64,000 nt of DNA from NCBI GenBank assembly GCA_965248695.1, contig CBDFKD010000002.1, positions 5,664,001-5,728,000 of the forward strand, in the 5' to 3' direction. The notes under the pieces are model-generated. The model worked only from the letters and a program-made list of their open reading frames with translations, was not told the origin of the DNA and ran no database searches. Source of the stretch: Acidobacteriota bacterium. GTDB lineage: Bacteria > Acidobacteriota > UBA890 > WLXD01. Numbering within the stretch: position 1 is the first letter of the stretch; every line of letters begins with the position of its first letter. Below, piece by piece: positions 50,955 through 59,690 of the stretch. The position numbers and the translations under genes are program-made.

Positions 50955-51211
50955 GACGCGTCTCTCATCAGGCGTTCAAGCACGAGAGCCCTACCGTCGA
51001 TTCGCTCGACGTTGTTGTAGGGCTCCAGCCACGCCTGAAAGTCGCCCCATCGTATACGGACTTCTCGGGTACCTGGGATGCGTTTTGCGGGCAGCGGATT
51101 GATCTCACGATTAATCCACCTCGTGACACTGTTGGGGCTGACGTTGGCGCGGTCGCACAGCTGCTTCTTCCGCAGCATCGTGTCCGGGTGCAGCGGCGCC
51201 GGCTCGGTCAC
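50951..51211 (-). CDS. Excisionase-like HTH protein
   Basis: LRKKQLCDRANVSPNSVTRWI..LPAKRIP..VRIRW..FQAWL; coupled to int by GTGA. Confidence 0.75.
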   Translation of the reverse strand: MTEPAPLHPDTMLRKKQLCDRANVSPNSVTRWINREINPLPAKRIPGTREVRIRWGDFQAWLEPYNNVERIDGRALVLERLMRDAS

Positions 51212-51381
51212 TTGGCCCGCCTCAATGCGTTGCGCGACGCTACGACCCTGAAGCCGTCCTCGAACTCAACGAGCGCGCTGTTCATCTTCCCGCGGGCCAG
51301 GACACGACAGCGCTGGCCATTCCGGTCTACCGGGCGCCACCAGCTCGGCAGCCAGTACCAGATGTACGGGTAGTCCCTCAC
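51208..51381 (-). CDS. Small phage-type hypothetical protein (57 aa)
   Basis: MRDYPYIWYW..GQRCRVLARGKMNSALVEFEDGFRVVASRNALRRAK; GTGA overlap with xis; below the ORF-track cutoff. Confidence 0.65.
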   Translation of the reverse strand: MRDYPYIWYWLPSWWRPVDRNGQRCRVLARGKMNSALVEFEDGFRVVASRNALRRAK

Positions 51382-51606
51382 TTGGCGGCACTCCGGACAT
51401 CTTCAATAGAGAGCGCCCCGTCGAAGAAGACGGAGAGAGCTCCAGCCACCGCATCCGTGTTGAGTGGATCAACGTCTCCTAGCCATCCGCGGCGATGTCT
51501 CCAGCCACACCCCGTCCAGGTGGGCTATCTGGGTGCTGGGCGTGGGACCAGCCGGCGACTCTCTTGCGTTCGCGGGGTGCCAGGGCCTTCTACTCGGACT
51601 GTTGCC

Positions 51607-52056
51607 CTACGGCTCGTGCTTCGAGTGCGGGGCCTGCATTCGAACCCATCGCCGATACTGACTGGGCAGCATCCCGGTTTCGGCTTGGAACGCGTTGAGA
51701 AATGAGCGGTACGAATGTCGGCGATAGCCCGCCTCCGACGCGATCTCCTTCATCAGCTGCTGGGGCCGTGACTCCATCAGTTCGCGCGCTTTGTCGATCC
51801 GCAAACGGCGGATGTCCTTGCCGATCGTTGTCCTGTAGGCGGCACGATAGTGGCGGCATAGTAGACTTCGGGAGATTCGGAGCTGCGCTGCGATGGTCCC
51901 GACCCCGCATCCATCTGCTGCTGCGAAGTGTCGTTTGATCTGCGCCTGTGCCAGCTCTGCGACGCCAATCTTGGCGGCGTCAGGCGCTTTCCTAGATGGC
52001 AGCGTCAGGTCGTGGCGCCTTTTCGTGCCGGGTATCGCCGCGTCTGATTCTACCAT
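51607..52056 (-). CDS. Stand-alone AraC-type HTH DNA-binding protein
   Basis: IAAQLRISRSLLCRHY..RLRIDKARELM..MKEIASEAGY..FLNAFQAETGMLPSQYR; no N-terminal sensor domain. Confidence 0.85.
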   Translation of the reverse strand: MVESDAAIPGTKRRHDLTLPSRKAPDAAKIGVAELAQAQIKRHFAAADGCGVGTIAAQLRISRSLLCRHYRAAYRTTIGKDIRRLRIDKARELMESRPQQLMKEIASEAGYRRHSYRSFLNAFQAETGMLPSQYRRWVRMQAPHSKHEP

Positions 52057-52060
52057 TGCC

Positions 52061-52384
52061 TCAGCCGCTGCCGGGCCAGCCCATCGTCTCGCAGAAGCCC
52101 GGCTTTGATTGCACGGTGAGCACCACCAGAACGCTGCACTCGCCGTTGTGCCAGTAATAGCCGCAGACGACGATCGGATCGCCATCGGCGGCCACTATTT
52201 CGAAAACTTCCCGCATCCCGATCGCGCCAGGCACCAGATGCTCATGATCCCCGCAGTGATTCGTGAGGCAGTGAGTGACACGAACGTTGGATTCGCTGGT
52301 GCCGGCTTGAACGAACCCCTCAACACAGGCGAGCGCGCTCTCGGCGGTTCGCCGTGGGATTGGTACGTCATCGGGGTGGAGCAT
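52061..52384 (-). CDS. Hypothetical protein (possibly PAS-like), paralog A
   Basis: 56/107 ungapped identities (hand count) with the N-terminal part of 53100-53615. Confidence 0.7.
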   Translation of the reverse strand: MLHPDDVPIPRRTAESALACVEGFVQAGTSESNVRVTHCLTNHCGDHEHLVPGAIGMREVFEIVAADGDPIVVCGYYWHNGECSVLVVLTVQSKPGFCETMGWPGSG

Positions 52385-52700
52385 GCTGGCCTCTCACACT
52401 CTTGAGCTTTCCAGGCCTTCGGCTTCGGTGCGGGCGGCCTAGCGCCTTCGCGATGAGACGGGCGAGCTCGCCGTCCCGATCCGCCTCGAGGGCCTGCCGG
52501 AACGCACGTCGTGCGCCATACCGATAGCCTGCCGCCGCCGCCGGTACAGCAACGACGATGGCAGTGAGCAAGCTGACGGTCACCATGACCAGGCCGATCG
52601 TCTGGGGCCGGTTACCCGGCGTGTGAACGACCAGGGCCAAGGCCCCGACCGTGAAGATGTACAACCCCGCCGCTGCGACGGCCCAACGCTGCTTTCGCAC
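52368..52700 (-). CDS. Small two-TM membrane protein
   Basis: Two hydrophobic segments followed by a basic tail; same-strand gene cluster. Confidence 0.6.
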   Translation of the reverse strand: MRKQRWAVAAAGLYIFTVGALALVVHTPGNRPQTIGLVMVTVSLLTAIVVAVPAAAAGYRYGARRAFRQALEADRDGELARLIAKALGRPHRSRRPGKLKSVRGQHAPPR

Positions 52701-52738
52701 TCCGGTTCCCTCTTGCCAGCTCAGGCGTATCCCATGGC

Positions 52739-53209
52739 TCAGAGATCGACTTCTTTAAGCGCCTCGCGAGTGTCGGTCAACATGTCTAACAAAGTTGCAG
52801 ATTCGGCTGCTCCAAGGACCTGCCGAATCTCCTGCTGAGCTCCTCTCCAATGCGCATGCGCTGCAGCGGCAACGGCGCTGCCTTTTTCGGTCAGTGACAC
52901 GATCCTCTGCCGGCGGTCAGCGCCGGGCTCGATGACCAGCCAACCGCGCTCTACGAGCGGCCGCAGGATGCGGCCAAGGCTTGTGCGTTCGAGATCCAAC
53001 TGCGCAGCCAACGCACCAATAGCCATTGGTCCTAGGTACTGCACCATCGTCAACACCGGAAGCTGGGTCGAGTTCAATCCGACGGAACGCAATCGACGGT
53101 CATAGTGCCGCGTGACGCGGCGTGTGAGCTTGCGCAGCTGAAGGCAGATGCATGTGAGGGCACGTTCTTCGGCACCCACAGCAGCTGGCACGCTTGTGTC
53201 GTTCTGCAT
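52739..53209 (-). CDS. MarR-family regulator
   Basis: CICLQLRKLTRRVTRHYD..GLNSTQ..LDLERTSL..DRRQRIVSLTEKG. Confidence 0.9.
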   Translation of the reverse strand: MQNDTSVPAAVGAEERALTCICLQLRKLTRRVTRHYDRRLRSVGLNSTQLPVLTMVQYLGPMAIGALAAQLDLERTSLGRILRPLVERGWLVIEPGADRRQRIVSLTEKGSAVAAAAHAHWRGAQQEIRQVLGAAESATLLDMLTDTREALKEVDL

Positions 53210-53615
53210 GAAAAAGAGTGTATATACCCCTATTGAGCTGTGCAACCTCGTGTCTCTGCTGCCGCAACACTGAGCCGCTCTTACCCTCCCGCGGCTCCAC
53301 GCCGGCCCAGCCCATCATTTCGATGAAACCCCGCTTGGATTGGACCGTGAGAACAACCAGCACCGTGCACGCGCCGTTGTCCCAGTAGTAGCCGCACACG
53401 ACTACAACGATGTTGTCGTCGACCGACTTGTCGAGGCCTTCTCGGACCCCAAGCGCGCCGGGCACCAAACCCCGCAGATTCCCCTCGAGCTCCGCTACGG
53501 CGTGGGTGACGCAATCGTTGTGGATGCTCTCATAGCGCTGACTGACGCCCTCGACACATGCCAACTGGCTTGCATCGGTACGCGGCGGAATCGGAGAGGG
53601 TTTGGAATCCGACAT
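53100..53615 (-). CDS. Hypothetical protein (possibly PAS-like), paralog B, with a tail running into marR
   Basis: MSDSKPSPIPPRT..LACVEG..LVPGALG..VVCGYYWDNG..VLVVLTVQSK..MGW, homologous to 52061-52384. Confidence 0.65.
   Translation of the reverse strand: MSDSKPSPIPPRTDASQLACVEGVSQRYESIHNDCVTHAVAELEGNLRGLVPGALGVREGLDKSVDDNIVVVVCGYYWDNGACTVLVVLTVQSKRGFIEMMGWAGVEPREGKSGSVLRQQRHEVAQLNRGIYTLFHAERHKRASCCGCRRTCPHMHLPSAAQAHTPRHAAL
53216..53230. promoter_or_regulatory. Candidate MarR autoregulatory operator
   Basis: AT-rich palindrome GTATATAC (53220-53227) about 10 bp upstream of the marR ATG. Confidence 0.45.
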
Positions 53616-53743
53616 CACCTGCTCAGAGAGCGCCGCGCCGAGGTCGCTCAAATCATCCTGGTGGCCCGAAAGCTGAGTCGATCCCCTAAGCGCTTCGGCC
53701 CAGGGAGACGAACAGCAGGTCCTAGCCGACCGCGGTACGGCCG

Positions 53744-54107
53744 TCATGCGACCCGTCCCAGGCCGAGCAACTCCTCGAGCCGCCACACCACTTCGTCCCG
53801 GCTGATCTCCGGATGGTTCAGGTAGGTCGCCGCGTAGTAGCCGGCCACGTAGGGCTTGAACCACTCGGCGTGCTCGAAGATGTACGGCCGCTCCATGACC
53901 ACGCGGCCCTGAACGTTGAGGTGGCAGCGCTGGCAGAGCGCGACAAGGTTCCACCAGGAGCAGTTGGCCTTGTCCATGTCTAGGTGGTGGACGGTCAGCG
54001 TGTAACCGGACTCCACGTCGTGCGGGTGATCGCAGCGGGCAGCACCATCCGGAAGCGTTCTTCACGGCTGCGGCGATCTGGTGCCAGTCGTGCGGGTAGT
54101 CGTTCAC
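53744..54107 (-). pseudogene. Phage HNH endonuclease-like gene, frameshifted near 54038
   Basis: MNDYPHDWHQIAAAVKNASGWCC in one frame, RCDHPHD..LTVHHLDMDKANC..NLVALCQRCH in another. Confidence 0.75.
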
Positions 54108-54445
54108 ATCACCCTCTCGCTACCACCGAGCCCTTCGATCGCCTCGAGGACATCCGACCGGCTCGGCGGTAGAACACGGTCAGCGGCGAGGCGGGCGGCG
54201 ACGGCCACGAACATAGGGTCGTGGCCTTGAACACACGCCGTTGTCGGGCGACAGCCGCAGACTGGGCACTCCCAAGACACGTCGTATCCCATCCGCTTCG
54301 CCAACTGCTGCACGGTCTCGTAGCTCGAAGCCCGTCCGCCCGGCGCTCCTTGCCAGATGCATTCGAACTCGTCCTCGCCCACGAGCCGCCAGGCGCTGGC
54401 GGTCGGGTACCGGCCGACGATGATGCAGCGCGGCTTGTCGCCCAT
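54104..54445 (-). CDS. Hypothetical phage protein with a CxxC motif
   Basis: Overlap-coupled to neighbours at both ends; WECPVCGC. Confidence 0.5.
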   Translation of the reverse strand: MGDKPRCIIVGRYPTASAWRLVGEDEFECIWQGAPGGRASSYETVQQLAKRMGYDVSWECPVCGCRPTTACVQGHDPMFVAVAARLAADRVLPPSRSDVLEAIEGLGGSERVM

Positions 54446-54528
54446 CAGGCTGCGGGCTCCACAACCCAGGGCGCGAGCTTCCACTTGCCGCCGTGGTACC
54501 GCATGATGGGGCGCGCCGGCGCGGTCAT
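54445..54528 (-). pseudogene. N-terminal remnant of a Dam-like DNA adenine methyltransferase
   Basis: MTAPARPIMRYHGGKWKLAPWVVE matches the Dam motif X (RY.GGK..L..WI), then stops. Confidence 0.7.
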
Positions 54529-54734
54529 CCCCAACCCCAGCCGGACGGATACCCACACCGATGGCACAGATTGCGAAAGACGATCGCCTCGATGCGTCCG
54601 GAGCCGCAGCGTGGGCAGCGGCCGAGCAGCGTCAGCGCGCCACGGCGCACCCGGATCCAGACCTCAGCCAGGCGCCTCATGCGGCCCGCACCCAGCGTGA
54701 ACGCCAGGGTGCGCATAGGGTGCGTTTTGAGCAC
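54525..54734 (-). CDS. Small zinc-ribbon hypothetical protein
   Basis: CPRCG..LCHRCG; ATGA overlap with the Dam remnant; start uncertain. Confidence 0.4.
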   Translation of the reverse strand: MLKTHPMRTLAFTLGAGRMRRLAEVWIRVRRGALTLLGRCPRCGSGRIEAIVFRNLCHRCGYPSGWGWG

Positions 54735-54860
54735 CCGGCGAGAGGCCTGCCCCCCGAAACCACTGTCGCTAAAGGGGTTGGAAATGCCCCGATAAATCTT
54801 CCGCGTCTACGAGCCCACGGCATCCGCTTCCTAGCCGCGCTCCTGCTGCGGCCCAGGCGG

Positions 54861-57800
54861 TCAGTCGCGATCTAGCGGCAAGTTGACGCGACGAGCTGGC
54901 CGCGTGTTGTACTCCCGCTGCCATTCCTGATGCAAAGGCGAGTCCGGGAAGCTCTCATCCAGACCATACGGATAGCTGCTCATGGCATGAAACGGGAGCG
55001 GCTCCACACGATCACCATGCACGGTGTTCGGATCGCCGTCTTTTACCCAGCCGTTGAGGTACACGAGCCAGTCGCGGCGCCAACCGTCTGGTATCGGCGG
55101 CAGCGTGTCGACGAAGCGGAGCACGACCTCATCGCCGGCAGCAATGATCACATAGCGGTCATCCGCCTCCTGGACGAGCTCGTCGACGGCACCGTAGCGA
55201 GTGTAGCCACCGCGGTGCTGATCCCAGTTCGAGCTCGAGCTGACGGTCGCGTAGTCGAATGTCTCGTAGCCGTCGGCGGTGCGCTGCAGCGTCGAGAACC
55301 CGCGCCAGCGGATCTCGGCCTCGGCGGGCTCCAGGACGTGCAACTGCACCTCGGGTATCGCTCCGGTCATCGGATCGTGCAGCATCACTTCGCCTCCGAG
55401 CGGCACCTCCCACTCTCCCTTCCAGAGCCCGGTGGGGCGTACCCCCTGCGGATGGCGGCCGCCGACGGTATAGAAGGCGGCGTCCCAGTACAGTCGCATC
55501 GTGGTGGCGACGCGGACGCGCGGATCAGCCGGGTCGATCACATCGGTCACGTCGACGCTGATCGTCGAGTTCTTGGCGTTTGGCAGCCCGATATCCTCGA
55601 TCGCCGTACGCCATCCGCCCCGGCCGTCGGGAACCTCGATGGCGACGGGCGCGAACGCGACTCGCGGGTCGTCATCGACCACCAGGTTGATACTGGCGGT
55701 CGCCCAGTACACCCAGCCGGTAAGAAACAGGCGCACGGTGCCGCCCGTTCCAGCGTCGGCGAGCGCCAGCTCCAGGGCGTGGGGAGTGGCGAGCCCCTCG
55801 TACAGTCCGGCGTCGAACGGCGCTGACCAGACGCCGTCGACCGCCGCTAGGGCGGCGCTCCAATCGCGCCCATCCTGATCGATTGCGCTCACCGCTCGGC
55901 GCTCCTCGACCACGAACAGCCGCAGCTCGGGATGGGGCGGCGGCACGAATTTCTCGTCCGGGATCACCGTCGAGCGCTCGGGATGATCCACCGCCACCAA
56001 GCGCGCCGCATCGAGGTATCCGGCCTCGCGGAGCTCCTCGCTCAGCCGCAGCTCCAGTACACCGTCCCGCGGCTTCAGCGCGTCGCCGTCGATGGGAACG
56101 TACTCGTCGAAATCAGCCGGGTGAATTACTCCGTTGGCGAGCGGCATTCCCAGCGGCGCCACCCCGAGCACCTCGTTGATGAAGCGCCAAGAGGTCCCGT
56201 CCCAGGCGTACAGCAACGGGCACGAGCCCTCGAGGCGTTCCACCTCGGTGACCGGTCCCAGCGTTGCCCGCGCCGGCACGTCGGTCTCGTTCTGCAAGAT
56301 GCCGTTGGGCCAGGTGATCCTCACCACCTCAGCCACCGCGAGATCGCCCAGGCCGACATGCACCGCGGCACGCCGCAATCGGCGGCGCTGGTAGAGCCCC
56401 CCGGCCTTGACTTCTACCGATGCCCCGATGCCGCGAGCGTTGTTCTTGATGCCCGCGAGGCGCACGCTCAGCCAGCTGCCCAGCGGCGCTGGCTGCTCGT
56501 ACCAGACGGCGCCGGTGGCCGAGGTCGTGAGAATGTCGACGGCGCCATCGTCGTTACCATCTATCGCGTCGACGAGCTCGGCGCCGTGGCTCTCGAGCAC
56601 CGGCCCGGCGGTGAACTTCCACTGCCCGAGGTTGAGCAGCGTGTGCAGCGCGCCGTCGGCATCGACGACGAGATCGAGCCAGCCGTCGTTGTTCAGATCT
56701 GCAGCCACCGCACGCCGAACCGGGGTGGCGAAATCGAACTTCCGATCACCGAAGGTACCGTCGCCGTCGTTGCGCAGCCCCTGGAGCCCGTTGCCACCAG
56801 CGAGCACCAGGTCGACGGCACCGTCGTTGTCGAAGTCCTCGGCGATCGCGTCGACCGTCGCCGCATCTCCTGCAGCGCCGACCGCGGCGCCGATCTCCGC
56901 AAAGCTGCCACCGCGCAGGTTGGTGTACAGCGTCGTCGGGGCGCCATCGGCGACGACATAGAAATCGATGTCGCTGTCGTCGTCGAAGTCGGCCCAGGTG
57001 ACGGCAATGGCCGGCGCCTGTGCCTCTAACCCGGCCGCGACGGTAGCGTCGGCGAACTCATCCCCTCCATGATTGAGGATCAGTCGCAAACCCGGGCCGT
57101 CTCCGCGTGTAGCGATCAGCAGATCAAGGTCGCCATCATGGTCGGCGTCTACCCAGGTGACCTCGGTGGCATCAGGCGTCGACGGTAGCCCGGTAGCCGC
57201 CACCGGCGCGAAGCGTGCTGTCGGTCCGTCCGCCAGGTTGCGGAACAGTCGCCCAGTCGCCGCCACCACGTAGAGGTCCGGGCGGCCATCGCGATCGGCG
57301 TCGCCGAGCGCCGCCGGGCCCGCCCCACGACCGCCGAGTGAAGGACTGCCGACCTGCACCAATTCCACGCGCTCGGCTCCGAGATCGCCAGCAAGCAACC
57401 GCGAATCGGGAGCCGGCGGCAGCAGCACCTCGCGGCGCGTGAACGTCAGCTCTCCCGCCGTATTCGCCGACGGCAATGTGAAGTTGGTCCGCGGCACCTC
57501 GATACGCTTGTAGCGGCCCGCCTCCAGTGCTGCCGGCGCCCGTTGTGCCTGCGAAAGTCGACGCTGGTACGTCTGGTAGCTCTCCAGAAGCGGCCGTGCC
57601 GCTTCGCGATCACCGCCACGCTGCAACAGGAAAGCGGCACGGTAGGTGGCCGACACGAAGTGCTGCAGGCCGATATCGAACCCCATGCCCATCACGACGC
57701 CATAGTGCTCGTGCGCCGACTCCACGTCTTGCAGCGCTTCGTAGGTCGCCCCGAGGTTGTAGCGGATCGCAGGATCGGCAGGATCGAGATCGACGGACCG

Positions 57801-58166
57801 ATCGAAAGCTGCCTGCGCTTCTTCCATGCGGCCCCGCTTGGCATGTAACAGACCCCGCAGATACGGTGCGCCGGCGTGATCCGGGTCGAGCCGCTCGGTC
57901 GTGTCGAGGGCGGCGAACACATTGGCGTCGTCGTCCGGGGTTTCTGCGACCTCGTACAGGGCCAGCGCCAGGTTCATCCAGTCCGGTGCGGTCGCTCCAG
58001 ACTCAGCCACCACGGCGCCGAACGCCGCCACCGCAGCAGTATTCTGCTTTTCCTCATACAGAGCCTGGCCGCGGTTTCGCAGCGATTGCTGCGCAACGTC
58101 CTGGGAAAGGCCGGGCCCCACCAGCGGGCCACAGACGAAAGCGGCAGCCGCCACGACGATCGGCAT
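54861..58166 (-). CDS. Secreted TPR + FG-GAP repeat + ASPIC/UnbV (CRTAC1-like) protein
   Basis: N-terminal TPRs; repeated DxDxDGxxDL; NNARGIGASVEV..VHVGLG..ITWPNG; GSCPLLYAWDG; GWVKDGDPNT; start uncertain. Confidence 0.85.
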   Translation of the reverse strand: MPIVVAAAAFVCGPLVGPGLSQDVAQQSLRNRGQALYEEKQNTAAVAAFGAVVAESGATAPDWMNLALALYEVAETPDDDANVFAALDTTERLDPDHAGAPYLRGLLHAKRGRMEEAQAAFDRSVDLDPADPAIRYNLGATYEALQDVESAHEHYGVVMGMGFDIGLQHFVSATYRAAFLLQRGGDREAARPLLESYQTYQRRLSQAQRAPAALEAGRYKRIEVPRTNFTLPSANTAGELTFTRREVLLPPAPDSRLLAGDLGAERVELVQVGSPSLGGRGAGPAALGDADRDGRPDLYVVAATGRLFRNLADGPTARFAPVAATGLPSTPDATEVTWVDADHDGDLDLLIATRGDGPGLRLILNHGGDEFADATVAAGLEAQAPAIAVTWADFDDDSDIDFYVVADGAPTTLYTNLRGGSFAEIGAAVGAAGDAATVDAIAEDFDNDGAVDLVLAGGNGLQGLRNDGDGTFGDRKFDFATPVRRAVAADLNNDGWLDLVVDADGALHTLLNLGQWKFTAGPVLESHGAELVDAIDGNDDGAVDILTTSATGAVWYEQPAPLGSWLSVRLAGIKNNARGIGASVEVKAGGLYQRRRLRRAAVHVGLGDLAVAEVVRITWPNGILQNETDVPARATLGPVTEVERLEGSCPLLYAWDGTSWRFINEVLGVAPLGMPLANGVIHPADFDEYVPIDGDALKPRDGVLELRLSEELREAGYLDAARLVAVDHPERSTVIPDEKFVPPPHPELRLFVVEERRAVSAIDQDGRDWSAALAAVDGVWSAPFDAGLYEGLATPHALELALADAGTGGTVRLFLTGWVYWATASINLVVDDDPRVAFAPVAIEVPDGRGGWRTAIEDIGLPNAKNSTISVDVTDVIDPADPRVRVATTMRLYWDAAFYTVGGRHPQGVRPTGLWKGEWEVPLGGEVMLHDPMTGAIPEVQLHVLEPAEAEIRWRGFSTLQRTADGYETFDYATVSSSSNWDQHRGGYTRYGAVDELVQEADDRYVIIAAGDEVVLRFVDTLPPIPDGWRRDWLVYLNGWVKDGDPNTVHGDRVEPLPFHAMSSYPYGLDESFPDSPLHQEWQREYNTRPARRVNLPLDRD

Positions 58167-58406
58167 CGGGGCACGCCGCCAGCTGCTACGAAGGCTTGGT
58201 TGCGGACGCTCACACGACACGGTTTCTCTCCATCCCCCTCTCGTCCGGCCTATGTCTGTGCAGAGTTTAGTGCGTCCCCGGACTAGCCGCTGGTGCGGAC
58301 ACCGCCGACCTCGCCCGGTAGTGGAAGAGATCCGATGCCGTCGGGGCACTCGTTTTGCTGGGGCTGCCGGCGTTATAAATAGGTACGCTCAAAAGTGGGG
58401 GAAGCC

Positions 58407-58781
58407 ATGCGGCGAAACATAGTCGTCTTTCTATTCGGGTTCTTGGCCGGTGTAACGGTGATCCATTTCCTCGAGGGCCCGCTGGATTTGGGGCTGCTGC
58501 GCGACGAGGCCTCGGAAGCATTGGACGAGGCCAGCCGCGGCGCCCGCGATCTGCGGCTGGCAACCAAGGTGCGCGCAGCGTTGGCACTCCACAAGGACTT
58601 CGGTCTGTTCGACATAGGGGTCGAGGCCGACGCCGACGAGGGCAGCATCACCCTGGCGGGACAGGTGGGCACCACCGACCAGCGCGCCCTTGCGGCGCTC
58701 ATCACGCGAGGCGTCGACGGCGTCGAGGACGTTGACAATCGTCTCGAGGTGCATCGCGCACCGGAGCCCACGCAGGAGTAG
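58407..58781 (+). CDS. BON-domain protein
   Basis: N-terminal TM; DLRLATKVRAAL..ITLAGQV..GVDGVEDVDNRLEV. Confidence 0.85.
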   Translation: MRRNIVVFLFGFLAGVTVIHFLEGPLDLGLLRDEASEALDEASRGARDLRLATKVRAALALHKDFGLFDIGVEADADEGSITLAGQVGTTDQRALAALITRGVDGVEDVDNRLEVHRAPEPTQE

Positions 58782-58803
58782 TCGGAGCAATCCGCGGGCC
58801 ACA

Positions 58804-58845
58804 AGAGAAATGGGCCGACGACGCGGTCATCGGCCCCTTGTGCTT
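58804..58845. terminator. Candidate bidirectional terminator between convergent genes
   Basis: GGGCCGA..TCGGCCC hairpin (58812-58836) with A-rich left and T-containing right flank. Confidence 0.4.
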
Positions 58846-58907
58846 CTGGTCGTCTTCGCGCCGCGGGATCGGCAACCTTCGCGCCGCGGCTCGACTACGG
58901 AATCAGG

Positions 58908-59204
58908 CTACTCGTCGTACGGCACGTCGGACAGCACGTAGTTCAGCGGCGTGTATTCGGTCCACTTGGCCGGTACTTCCTCGTCCATGAAGATCGCGTC
59001 CACCGGACAGACAGGCTCGCAGGCGCCACAGTCGATGCACTCCTCGGGGTGGATATAGAGGATCTGCTCCTTACCCTCGGGTGCTTTCACACCGTGCACG
59101 CTCATGCCGTCATCGTCGATCTCGTAGATACAGTCGACCGGACAGACTTCTACGCAGGCTCGATCGCGTACGTTCACGCACGGCTCAGCGATGATGTAGG
59201 TCAT
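58908..59204 (-). CDS. 7Fe-type ferredoxin (FdxA-like)
   Basis: [19 protein letters not shown] and [12 protein letters not shown]; AGGAGAG SD upstream. Confidence 0.92.
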   Translation of the reverse strand: MTYIIAEPCVNVRDRACVEVCPVDCIYEIDDDGMSVHGVKAPEGKEQILYIHPEECIDCGACEPVCPVDAIFMDEEVPAKWTEYTPLNYVLSDVPYDE

Positions 59205-59521
59205 CCTGACATCTCTCCTACTGTGACCCGCTTCCCAGTATGACCAGACTCGTCAAGAGGCCGGGGTTGCTTTCTGGACGTCATGACGAGCCCTGATGTG
59301 CTCGCACGGTCACAGTAACACAAGGCCTCGGAGCCAGCAAAACACCTTTCAGCGCCTCGATTCGGGCGCCATTTCGAAAAAAACCTCGTCGCGTTTTGCA
59401 CACCCCGACCGCCGCACTTTCGCCCACCTTGGCGTATTTCCGTCGCACCGGTGAACACTGTACAGACTGAACATACGGGCGCTCCGCAGCCCTGCGGGCC
59501 TTGTTGTTTTCCACACAATTT

Positions 59522-59569
59522 CCACAATACCTTGCGGACCTGTTGATGCTGACCCCCCACATGTTGTGG
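59522..59569 (+). promoter_or_regulatory. Tandem NrdR boxes upstream of nrdJ
   Basis: CCACAATACCTTGCGG (59522) and CCCCCACATGTTGTGG (59554), 32 bp apart, resembling acaCwAtATaTwGtgt; TTGACA at 59578. Confidence 0.7.
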
Positions 59570-59690
59570 TCGGTGTCTTGACAAGCTCGAAAGCAGCGAG
59601 GTAGAACATGGAGCCTCGGTAGGATCGCTAGCGGTCGCGCAGCGGGCCAATCAGCCTCCGAAACGCCCCAAACTGCGGAGCACCTGTACT

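Larger units (their letters stand above)
49666..54813. mobile_element. Integrative prophage-like element (about 5.1 kb) inserted in the folA 3' end
   Basis: CTTCCGCATTTACGAG (49666-49681) vs CTTCCGCGTCTACGAG (54798-54813); 11-bp-period GGGTGCG tandem repeats at 49735-49756 and 54706-54727; integrase, xis and phage-type ORFs. Confidence 0.88.

Noticed and set aside
53100-54107. 335-aa ORF as a single fusion protein
   Set aside because: It is an artefact: the frameshifted HNH start reads through into paralog B.
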